Origin: Vicugna vicugna | Taxonomy: Eukaryota | Reading direction: 5' to 3' | Assembly: GCA_013265495.1 (NCBI GenBank) | Contig: PNXW01004714.1 | Coordinates: forward strand, 1-52,077 | Length of the DNA: 52,077 bases | In this document: positions 24,160-35,197 of the stretch, in pieces | Layout of the letters: each line of letters begins with the position of its first letter | How positions within the stretch are numbered: position 1 is the stretch's first letter | Notes under the pieces: model-generated | The model's database searches: none | Told to the model about the DNA's origin: nothing | Seen by the model: only the letters and a program-made list of their open reading frames with translations | Made by a program: the position numbers and the translations under genes

Positions 24160-24440
24160 TTTTCACCATTTATTTTACTTTATTTTAAAAATTGAGTTAT
24201 AATTACCATCCAGTATTGTATTAGTTTTGGATATACAACATAATGATTTCGTATTTTAATACATTGTGATTTGATCACCATAGTAACCATCTGTCTCCAT
24301 TACAATGCACAATTTTTCAGTTATGCATGAATATACATATATTCATTTTCATACTTTTTCCCTGTGAGCTACTACAAGATCTTGAATATATTTCCCTGTG
24401 CTGTACAGTATTAACTTGTTCATCTGTTCTGTATATACCT
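24160..24440 (-). mobile_element. Two abutting L1 3'UTR fragments (older type 24160-24304, camelid-type 24305-24440)
   Basis: Second part matches the reverse complement of the L1 ends at 558-752 and 4070-4242. Confidence 0.75.
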
Positions 24441-25811
24441 ACACATCCCATATTTTTATTTTTAATCACTCGGGTTATCGCCCGACTTATTCCTGGAGTG
24501 CCACCGCAGGTAGGAAAGAGGAAAGGCATGGAAGTTCAGTTCCTAGAGCTTCCTGCCTTTTATCCTCATTATGCATTATTCATTCAGGCTGGAAGATCCC
24601 GTGACAGGTCATCTCATCCAGCCCCCGCCTCTGTGCAAGACCAAAGGAGGCCCTGGGGCTCCTTCTCACAACAGTTCCTAGTACAGCTAAGGCAGGGAGG
24701 AGATGCAGGTGAGAGGCTGGTGGGCGGTGCCCACCCTGCAGAAGACCGTTCTCTTGGCATCCCACGGTCAGGGGACAGGGCAGGAAGCCCTCTGGGCTGG
24801 TGAGACCCAGCCTAGAGCATTTACCCAGAGACACCATTTTACATGTCATGTGCCGCTTAAAATAAACGTTACCTTGTCTCCTTGCTTTGACCTCAATTTA
24901 ATCTCATTCCTTTTACCCTCTTGTTAATAAAGCAGATTGAAGTGTGTGGTTGAAGAAGCTTGCTTTCCTTTTTTTTTTTTTCATTTTTGCTTATATCCTG
25001 CTTAGGTTTAAAAAAAAAGAGGCCCTCAGAGAATATTACAAATCCTCACAAGGCTCCCCTCCCCGTCTTACAGATGGAGAGATGCTCGAAACACTCTCTT
25101 GTTCATTTGGTTATTTGAAGCCCAGATCATGTTTTCTAGAAGTAGAGGCTTTATTAATGGTGGTTCCCAGAACAACATCGGGTGAGGTGATGCGGGGGTC
25201 GGAAAGTTTAACCTTGAGCTTGCCCTGGGGGTCATCAGAGGATGACCAGGAAAGCAAGGGAGTCACCACACTGGTAGACTCTTCACCAAGAAGTCTTGGA
25301 CCTATACAACCAAGAAGGGGAAGCCAGCTAGGCCATCCTCAGGACACCTCTGCTAGATGGGGACACCTGCGTGCATCCCCCAGCTGACCTTTGCAGCACC
25401 TCAGCATGGACAAGTCCTGGCCAAAGTGCAAAGGATAGGGAGGACCTGCTCTTGGTCACCAGGGAGGATGAAGCTGTCAGGTCTGCCTGGAGACCCTGGG
25501 TCCTCTTAGCCTCAGCCACACTTCATTCAGCCTGGTTCTCCATGTGACGTGAGTCATTGCATCTGTGTCTCCAGAATCTAGCTGCTCGCTCTTGCGTGAA
25601 ATAGCCCGAGAGCCTCGTGGTTGGCTATTCCTAGGAACCAGAACGAGAGAGAAGTGTTCCTAAGATGGGTGTATCTCAGTGGACCCTCTTTTGCATGTTT
25701 CCAAACTGCCAACCCCCAGATTCCTCCTCCAGGAACCCGTCTTCTCCCCAGGTCAGAGTGGCCCCATGCAAACTCCCCAGAGGCTGAAACCGGGCTAGCT
25801 CCAGTCACTAC

Positions 25812-26180
25812 TGTGTTAGTCAGCATAGGCCAGATTTTGCTACACCAACGAAAAATTTCAAAATCTCAGTGGTGTAACACAGCACACGTGCCTTAGGCCC
25901 ATAATAGGGTTCTGCTGAGATTCGGCACTCAGGGACCCAGGCTGACGGAGGCTTCGTCTTGACATGTGCTTACCTGGCCACTGAGGACATCTGGCTCCTG
26001 AAGCCTTCCACCTGGGGAGGGCACAGCTCATGACTGCCCATATTTTATTGGCCAAAGTAAATCACACAGGACACACAGAAGCCCTCAAAGAAGGACAGAA
26101 GTGTGGTCCTATTATGTGCTCAGAAGGTGGACAGCGAGCTGGAAATACCTGGTGAACAACTGTAACCAGCAGCCCACGGA
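25812..26180 (-). mobile_element. Old MLT1 (K/L-like) LTR
   Basis: tgtgttagtcagcataggc...aaaatctcagtggtgtaacacagca; cacattttattggccaaagtaaatcaca-like motif. Confidence 0.55.
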
Positions 26181-27171
26181 GCGGACAGCGCACCCTCCCA
26201 AGCACGATGAGCCTGTAGGCCCCTCCTGTACTGTGTGCCGGGAACTCCGCAGACCGTGCGGCGACGCCTCCACATACAAACCCAGCCTGTCCAGAGCCCG
26301 TGTGCTCTCCCATCCCTCTTAGGGGAGCTGTCATTATAGCAGACAGCCCTGCCGTCTCTGCCACAGGATCCCAGGACATCAGGGAGAATGGCAGGGATCT
26401 GCGTCACACAGAGCTCTCTGCGACCTCCTCGAAGTAGATACACACTTTTTGGGAAAATTCTAAAAAGAAGGAAAATTCCAGAGCCTCCTCCCCTCATCCA
26501 TTCTAGTGCCAAACGTTACATCCTTCTCACTCCTCCTTTTCCAGCTGTAGAAAGCACTTGGAAATCAAAATAGTGAAAGGCAAAAACAAAAAACCAGTTC
26601 ATAAATATTAAATATTGAAAGGAGACATCACAGTGCGTGTGTGGGGGAGAGTGAATAAAACAGATCTGCCCCCACCACGTGCTCGCCTTCAGAAAGGCTG
26701 GAAGAGACGAACCCAGTTGGGGTGCAGGCTATGATGTAATTAGAACGGTATCGCCCAGTTGCAAAGCCATGTGCCTGTTTGCATGAAATGGGAGCATCTG
26801 CTGAAATTATTTGAGGTGTCCCATCACTAATTAAAACAGCTTTCACTTATACAGGATGCACCATAAGGATGCTGTTGATTCTTGGGTTGCTGGATGTGAA
26901 TGAGTCCTGGGGGAGCTGTTGGGGCAGGTGGATGGCAAGGAATATCTGGGAAATTATGATTCAGCCTTCCAGAATGCCTCCTTACAAAGAGGTCTGTGGA
27001 GGGGGGAGGTGCTGCGGGAAGTTGTTTGAGTGAGGCACGGAAACGCGGTGCTCCACCCCGAATGGTACCCAGCTGGGCCTGTGACCACTGAGGCGCTTTG
27101 CCCCGGGGCCTTACTATGCCCTTTTGACTTGCCAAATCACGACCTTGCCTTCAAGGGACTTTCCAGGTAAA

Positions 27172-27345
27172 CAGGATCAGCTACAGAATTTGCACAGCTC
27201 TCTGCAAAATAAAAATGTGGGACCCCTGGATAAAAATATTAAGACTTTCAAGACCGTGACAGCTGAGCGGTAAACCACATGCAGGCATTCTGAGTGTGGG
27301 GTCCTGTGCAACGGGACAGAGCACATACTGATGAAGCCAGCCCTG
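27172..27345 (-). mobile_element. MER45A hAT MITE
   Basis: Termini caggatcagct...agccagccctg; 8-bp TSD caggtaaa/aaggtaag (6/8). Confidence 0.8.
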
Positions 27346-27740
27346 AAGGTAAGAAAAAAGCAAGAGCTGTTGGAGAAACGGGCTGAGAGGCGGCGAGGTC
27401 GGAGCAGAAAGCAAAGCTGGACAGTAGTCACCCCGGCATATTCTAGCCCGTATGGGACTTTCACGTCCACACCCCTCTACGTGGGACCCCTGGATAAAAA
27501 TTATTAAGACTTTCAAGACAGTGACAGCCGAGCGGTAAACCACATGCAGGCATTCTGAGTGTGGGGTCCTGTGCAACGGGACAGAGCACATACTGATGAA
27601 GCCAGCCCTGAAGGTAAGAAAAAAGCAAGAGCTGTTGGAGAAACGGGCTGAGAGGCGGCGAGGTCGGAGCAGAAAGCAAAGCTGGACAGTAGTCACCCCG
27701 GCATATTCTAGCCCGTATGGGACTTTCACGTCCACACCCC
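27217..27740. repeat. Near-perfect tandem duplication of ~260 bp
   Basis: Copy 1 27217-27475, spacer tctac, copy 2 27481-27740; only 2 substitutions and one 1-bp indel seen. Confidence 0.97.
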
Positions 27741-28489
27741 GCTCTGCGGGCCACACCGCCCGTGCTCCTGGCAGGACAGACTCAGAGTGAAGAAAGGACT
27801 TGTTCCCACATCTTACTATGCAGAGTTGTGATAAAACCCAGGTGCTGACTTCTGGCCCCGTATGTTTTCTCTTTCTGCATATCTTACCCATTCGGCAGGT
27901 TCTGCCCCCTGTGGAGTCTACTTTGCATCACCCTCTCCCAGTTCATCCCTACTCTAGGCGCCCGTTTGCAACTCCCTCAGCACAGGGAACTAGTCCCCAG
28001 AGAGGCACCCGGAAAAGCATAGTGGTCCCACGTGAGCTGGAAACATGTGCGTTCAGAAGCTGAGCCTTATCACTCTCCCTGGTTAGAAGAGAGCTGACAG
28101 ATTAATCCAAGTGATTTCCAACCAGCTTGGGCTCAGAAGTTCAATAACTAAAGGCTACTTGAAACAATTATAGAATTCTTTCTGTCACAAAAGCTTTTGG
28201 GGGAAGGAAATAATAGCCACTGACCTAAGGCTTCTAGTCTAGGTCTAGTGTTCTTTTTCAAGTTCAAGGCAGTGGTCCCATTCTGAAGTCACTTTAGAGC
28301 GCAGCAATATCCTTGTTTCAAAAGCCAGTTTTTAAGAAGTGTCTTAAGGAGACAGAAGACCCACAGCATCCAATGGATACAGTGATCTTTTTGGAAAAAA
28401 AACAAACAACAAAAAAACAGAAAAGCAGCACATAAAAATCTGTCCCACGTAGTAAAGCTGTATTTGGGGAGAAAGACTTAACATCGGTT

Positions 28490-30520
28490 CCCAAGAGTTT
28501 CAACTTAAGAAACTAGAAAAAGAGCAAAGTAAACTCAAAGTTAATAGAAGGAAGGGAATAAAGACTTGGAGTAGAAATTAATTAAATAAAATGCAGGAAG
28601 AAAGAAAATTGACATAGCAAAAAGCTGGTTCTTTTAAAAGTTCAGAAAAGTTCAAAAAACTCTAAATAGATCAAGCAAAAAAGAGAAAGAACTCATATTA
28701 CCAATTTAGTAATGAAAAGAATTTATCACCATAGATCCTACGTACGTCAAAAGAATATCAAGAGAATATTAGGAACAAATTTAGGCCAGTAAATCTGACA
28801 ATTCAGGTGAAACAGAATTTTTTGAAAAATAACAACTTGCCAAAATTGACAAAAGAAAAAACAGAAAAACTGAATAATGCTATAACTATTGAAGAAATTG
28901 AAAAAAAAAAGTTAAATCCATCTCACAAAGAAAACTCCAGGCTGAGATGGTGATGGCAGGAAGAACGGCTTTCCAGAGATGTCCACATCCTAATCTCTGG
29001 AATTATGAATATTTGAATATGTTGCAGCAAAAGGGATTAATACCAGATAGAATGAATGTTTCTAATCAGCCTACCTTAAGGTTGGCAGAGAGCGTAGCCT
29101 GGATTAGCCAGGTGGGCCCGATGTAACCACAGGGTCTCAATCAAAATTCCAGAAGACATTTTTATAGAATACCTTTGGCAAGCTAAAAGCTGTATGTAAA
29201 TGGTATATAAATTCATATGAACTCTAAAATTTGTATGGAAATGCAGAATGCCTAGAATAACAAATAATTTTTTAAAAGAACAACTTTGGAGGACTTAGTT
29301 GATTTCAGTAATCAAGCTTCAATAATCAAGACAGTTTGATATTGGTGAAAAGACAGACATAGATCAAAGGAACGGAATAGATAGTCAGAAAAATACTATA
29401 CGTATTTGATCACTTGATTTAAGACAAAGATGCGAAGGCAATTCAACAGGGAAAGGGAAGTGTTCAGGGAATGTCCGGATAGCTATGTGGTAAACAGTAA
29501 TAATAAACATTGATTCTTCCTTCACACCATACAAAATAATTAATTCTAAATGAATCACGGATCTAAACACAAAGTGCAAAAGCACAAAATTTCTAGAAGA
29601 AAATTATAGGATATCCGTGTGATCTTGGGATATGCAAAGAATTCCTAAAGGACAAAAATTCATAAAAGAAGAAACGATAAATTGGACTGCATCATTAAGA
29701 GAACAAAAGGGCAAGCCACATACTGGGACAAAATACTCACAACATGTAAGACAAAGAACTTGCATCTGGATTAGCTAAAGAACTCTTACAAACCAGTAAG
29801 AAAAAGGGCAAATTTGTGAAGTCACTTCACCAAAGATTTCCAGGTGGCCAGTAAGCACCTGAAAAGATACTCAACATCATTAGTCACTAGGGAAATGTGA
29901 ATGCGATGAAAAACCACTCGATACCAACTAGAAGGGCTAAAATTGAGAGACTGACCATGCCATGTTGGACAGGATGTGGGGGGACTGGAACTCTCATGTG
30001 CTGAGTGGGAGTAAAATAGTTTGGCAGTTTCTTAAAAAGTTAAATGTACACCTACCATATGACGCAGCCATTCTACCCCTAGCTACTTACCCAAGAGAAA
30101 TGAAAACATACATAAACTTATACACAGAAGTTCACAGCAGCTTTATTTGAAATAACCCAAAAACCTAGAAACAACACAAATGTCTATTCACAGATAAGTG
30201 GTTAAATAAATGTAGTACACCCACACAATGGATACTATTCAGCAATAAAAACAAATAAATTGTTGACACACACAAACATGGATGAATCTCAAAAGAATTA
30301 CGCTGAATGAAAAAGCTAGATTAAAGGAAGTATATAATGTATGATTCCATTTATATAAAATCCTAGAAAATGCAAAATTATCTACATATAGTGATATGAA
30401 ACAGATTTGTGGTTGCCTGGGCATGAGAGTAGAGGGAGAAACAGATTACAAAGAGGGAGAAGGTAACTTTTTGGGGTGATGCAAAGTTTGTTATTTTAAT
30501 TGTGGTGATGGATTAACAGG
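28490..30520 (+). mobile_element. Ancient L1M ORF2 and 3'UTR fragments, with an MLT1D/E-like piece at ~28950-29135
   Basis: VWQFLKKLNVHLPYDAAILPLATYPREMKTY peptide; 3'UTR motifs catggatgaatctcaaaa, tgattccatttatataaaa. Confidence 0.85.
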
Positions 30521-32764
30521 TGAAGGCAGTTGGAGCTCAGAGAAATGCAGCTGCCAGGAAAGGGTACCCAGGGCTCCAAAGCTGAGCTGTCTCCCAGCTC
30601 CCACTCTACACCCCTTTTTCTGTACCACACCTCTGAAAAGGGGCTTCTAAAGCCCATGTGCATGGGTATCCCTAAGACACATTAACACACTGAAGCATGC
30701 CTTTGTGAAGCTTGTTCAAAAAGATCTGAAGTGGTTTCACACGAGTAACAGGAAAACCAGTTTCTGCATGCTAGCAGATTGGCTCCCAGTTACCTTCAGC
30801 AAGGGGGACCTTCCGGCAATAATTTCTATCTTTTGGGTTCTCTGTCCACAGCACCATTTTTTGATTGCTTACTAGGAAGTGAAGGAATGTATAAAAACAT
30901 TGCCAACTGCACTCTGAAAACCCATGGCAGATCAGGCTTCAAACACCTGCAGCCTGACCTCAGGGTCACCCTGCCTCCCTTCCTCTGCTTGGGACAGTCT
31001 CGTCCCTGGAGCCCCCAGCTATGTCTCCTTGGCACCTTCTACAGGTATCAGTGCTGGCCTTCCAAGGTGATAGATTTGTGGAGTCCCACCCTGTCATCCA
31101 TTTATACAAAGACAGTAACAACATAATTACAACAAAGCAGATAGTCATTGTATTCGCTGGCCATGGTGGCTCAATATATAGAACCAGTCTCCTTGGATTG
31201 AGTTCCTTCAACAAGGACTATTTCCCACTAGTGTAAATGTCAGTGAATACATGACCGCATCTTTTGAGTTCCTTGATGGGATAGAGCTTCTGGGACCTCA
31301 AGAAGTTTGTAAGTGGGTTGGAGCAACACGATTAACATATAGGAAAAGTGAGAGCCAATACAGGAAGAGTAGCTGAAAATGCTTGCAGAGGCTCAGGTAG
31401 AATTCAGGTGATGGGAAACTGGGTTGGGGAGGTGTCAGAGGCCATGAGGAGAAAATGGCAGTCAGAAAACTTCAGGCTTGATAAACAAAAGGCCAACTTT
31501 GGATGCATCCACATCTTCTTCCTGGATCCTCTGCTCGTCTGGAAGATGGTTTCTGATCATTCTTTCAGTGGTTCTTCAAAGGATTTGCCAGAAAGGTCTA
31601 CCTCGGACTTCTTCTAACTCTTTGGCCCTGAAATTCTAGACAGAAACAGAATAGCACCATTTGTGTGCCTTGAGTCTGAAAAAGAAGCAAGTCGAGCAGC
31701 TGGGAGATGCAGATTTTGCTCAATAACCACCTACAAAGAAGAGAACAAAAAAATCCTATAATCTTTTTAAATGCAAGATAGGAAAACGATTGTTTTAACC
31801 GATGTAACTTTGTATATTTCTGAATTGAAATAATTACGTTTCTAAAGTAATCAAAATTTCCAATATATTCGACCTCCTTGATAAAATTGCTTTTAAAAGA
31901 AAACATGGAGCACTTCCCTCTTTCAATTTAAAAGTATCAGGAATCAATTTCCAATCTGCCCTCAAGGAGGCTTTCCCAGCTGGCCCAAGCCACTCTCTAG
32001 TGTATCAGCACTTCCTTGGAGCCCTCTGTCTCATGAGCAGATACAAAAGCTTAGGACCAGCCAGCATCTGCCTTCCCTCCCTGTGAGCCCACTGTTCCCC
32101 CAGCACACATGCTCTCTCTGCCCACAGACGGAGGTTAGAAGCTAAGATCAAAGGGGCAGATGCTAAGAGGGTTTTCAGCCACAGGGGATGTGCTCACTGA
32201 TCAAGAGTTGTGCAGAGCACCAGTCTGGGAGATGGGCAGCCCCGAGGATGGGGAGCGCACACACCCCCACACACACACACACCAGAAATTGTTGCAAAAG
32301 AATCAGCAGGACCAACCATTTGTACAGAGAAAGTGAAAGGCAGAGACAGATTCAAAATGACAAGCAGTGTCCTTCCTAAAGGATGGGAGAGGTGACTGTT
32401 CAACCACCACAGTGGTGAATCCGGATCAGGGGGAGGACAGCTGAGCAGCCCTGCTGTCCTGTGTTGGCGTGGGGACCTCAGTGTGAGCATCAGTGGCATG
32501 GCCGCCAGGCCCAGCTAGCCCCCAGGGAAACCAGTGAGAAAGAGCAATGCCCGGTGCCGAGTCTGGGCTAGGCACATTCCCCTGCAGCAGGAGGCGTTGT
32601 CCTGCCGGGTCTTTGTACAACAAAGGGAATTTTTAAGGACAGCAGACTGCCAGAGGGCCTCTGTGGTCTGCAGCATAAAGCAGTTTCCCCAGGCTGGCTC
32701 TCGCGATCCTCTGTATGCTGACAACTGGGGTGATCTTCCACCGCCCAGTCAAAACTGGGCACTG

Positions 32765-33043
32765 CAAATGCTGGAGAGGCTGTGGAGAAAAGGGAACCCT
32801 CCTTCACTGCTGGTGGGAATGCAGTTTGGTGCAGCTACTGTGGAAAAACAGTGTGGAGATTCCTCAAAAGACTAGGAATAGACTTACCATATGACCCAGG
32901 AATCCTACTCCTGGGCATATATCCAGAAGGAACCCTACTTCAGGATGACATCTGCACCCCAGTGTTCACAGCAGCACTATTTACGATAGCCAAGACATGG
33001 AGACAGCCTAAATGTCCATCAACAGGTGACTGGATAAAGAAGA
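32765..33043 (+). mobile_element. Young L1 internal fragment (ORF2 C-terminus), no poly(A), no TSD
   Basis: VWRFLKRLGIDLPYDPGILLLGIYPEGTLLQDDICTPVFTAALFTIAKTWRQPKCPSTGDWIKK; homology stops abruptly at both ends. Confidence 0.9.
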
Positions 33044-33464
33044 CATGCTTTAGACATGCTCTTACCTGGAATGCCCTTGCGTCGGCCTGGATTGTTGCTT
33101 AGAGCAGAGGGTACATCCAGCCCCTGCGTCCTCCTTGCCCAAGCTGCGCACTGCCGAGTGTCTGTCAGGTCAGGACACTCTGCATATAAAGGGTCTTCTT
33201 TCAGGCGGAGACTTCCCTGGAGGGGGAATGACGTCTGATACTCCTCTCTCTTCCTTCTGGGTCCTCTGCAGAACCTTGCACGCTGCTAGCCGCTCAGCTG
33301 GCCATCAGTGAATGCTTTCTGCAAGGAACTGAACCAACAAAGGGGGACGTTATTAGAATGACGAGAGAGATCAGAGATGAAAAAGCGAGAATCCCCATCC
33401 CCGCCTCTCCCACCCCTACCCCCGTGGGGCTACCCTTGGGCCTACTGCATTTGCTCCATGTGTT

Positions 33465-33630
33465 AGCAGTAACATCTGCTGAGCATGTAGCATTTATTAG
33501 CTTCTCAGTGCATTCTAGGTACATATATTTAATCTTCACAACAAACCCGTGTATTACATATTATAATTACCCCCATTTCACAAATGAGGTATCTGAGGCA
33601 GAGTAAAGCAGGATGACTTGCCCACAGTGC
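33465..33630 (-). mobile_element. MIR SINE
   Basis: tttaatcttcacaacaaacc...cccatttcacaaatgaggtatctgaggcagag. Confidence 0.7.
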
Positions 33631-34779
33631 CTCCAGCATACAATCACCTTGCTCTGTCTGCTCCCTCAGATGAGTGAGGCTCTCTCCAGCAGAACTTGTT
33701 TCTTAAGTTTCCTTTACAGCTATTTTGGGGTTGGTTCTTCTGTAACTCTTCCATCCCAAGGTGATGCTGGTTTCTTCCTGGCAACATTGTAATGGAAGAC
33801 AAGCCAGCACTCACATAAGGTCAATTTCAGAGCCAACAGAATGTATCTAAATTTGCTGTGGATCCATCCACTCCTGTTCTGCAAGCCCATGAGGAAAACA
33901 GAATGCAGTTCAAACCCTCTTGCTGGACCAGACCATTATCCATACACTTTTTGGCTGTGCTGGTCACACCATACTGATTGTGCTGATGCCCTTGATGACC
34001 TGTTGGAAGAGGCTGCCTGTTGCAACTTAGCAATGCTCTGATACTCATATTAATGGGTAATTTTTAGACACTTACTATGGATCAAGCATTGCCCTAGGAG
34101 AGGTATGTACATTCTGCCATTTTAATCCTCCCAAGAAGCTGATTGTCTACCTCAGCTGATAACATGGTACATGGTACACAGTATAGGTATACCTCGGAGA
34201 TACTGCAGTATAGGTATACCTCGGAGATACTGCAGGTTTGGTTCCAGACCACTGCAACAAAGTGACTAATGCAACAAAGTGTGTCACAAATTTTTCAGTT
34301 TCCCAAGGCATCTAAGAACTCTGTTTACACTATACTGTAGTCTGTTAGGTTTGCGATAGCATTACGTCTTAAAAAAAATGTATACACCTTAATTTGAAAA
34401 ATGCTTTATTGCCAAAAGAAAATGTTAACCTTCACCCGATCCTGCAGTGAGTTGTAACCTTTTTGCTGATGGAGGGTCTTGTCTTGATGTTGATGGCTGC
34501 GGACCCCTGGTCGGTGGCTGTGGGAATTTCTTAAAATGAGACAGCAATGAAGTTTGCCACATTGATCAACATTTTCTTTCATGAACAGTTTTTCTGTAGC
34601 ATACAGTGCTGCTTGATCCATATTACCCACAGTAGAATTTCTTTCAATATTGGGGTCAATCCTTTCAACTTCGGCTGCTCCTTTATCAACTAAGTTTATG
34701 TCATAGTCTAAATCCTTTGTTGTCATTTCCACAGTCTTCACAGCATCTTCACCAGGAGTGGATTCCCTCTCATGAAACT

Positions 34780-34971
34780 CTCACACGGCGCCTCGCCGCC
34801 TCTCTCTCTCTCCGTTTGGAGCTGGCCTGCACTCTGTCTATGGAGTGTGTACCTACTTTTAATCTGAGCACCCAACCTCCACACCTCGTTGCCTTTCTCT
34901 TGCCTTTCAATGAATCTCTCTGAAAAAATCTACCTTTACTCAAAAAAAAAAAAAAGAAGGAAAGAAAGAAA
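34780..34971 (+). mobile_element. Polyadenylated ERV LTR 3' fragment retroposed into Tigger1
   Basis: LTR-like ctatggagtgtgtacc...ctacctttactc, then A14 and (gaaa)n; TSD atgaaact (34772-34779) / aagaaact (34970-34977); Tigger1 resumes across the site. Confidence 0.65.
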
Positions 34972-35197
34972 GAAACTACTCTCTTTGCTCATTCGTGAGA
35001 AGTAACTCCTCAACCATTGAAGATTTATCATGAGATTTCAGCAATTCACTCATATCTTCAGGCAGTTCTAATTCTAGTTGTCTTGCCATTTCTACCACGT
35101 CTGCAGTTACTTCCTTCACTGAAGTCTTAAGCCCCTCAAAGTCATCCATGATGGTTAGAATCAACTTCTTTCAAATTCCTGTTTATGTTGACATTCT

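Noticed and set aside
26690..26860. Cluster of TAATTA and octamer-like motifs, possible enhancer
   Set aside because: Short motifs alone are not evidence; conservation cannot be assessed here
27181..27891. 236-aa ORF with an internal repeat (longest in the track)
   Set aside because: Artefact of the 260-bp tandem duplication over a MER45A
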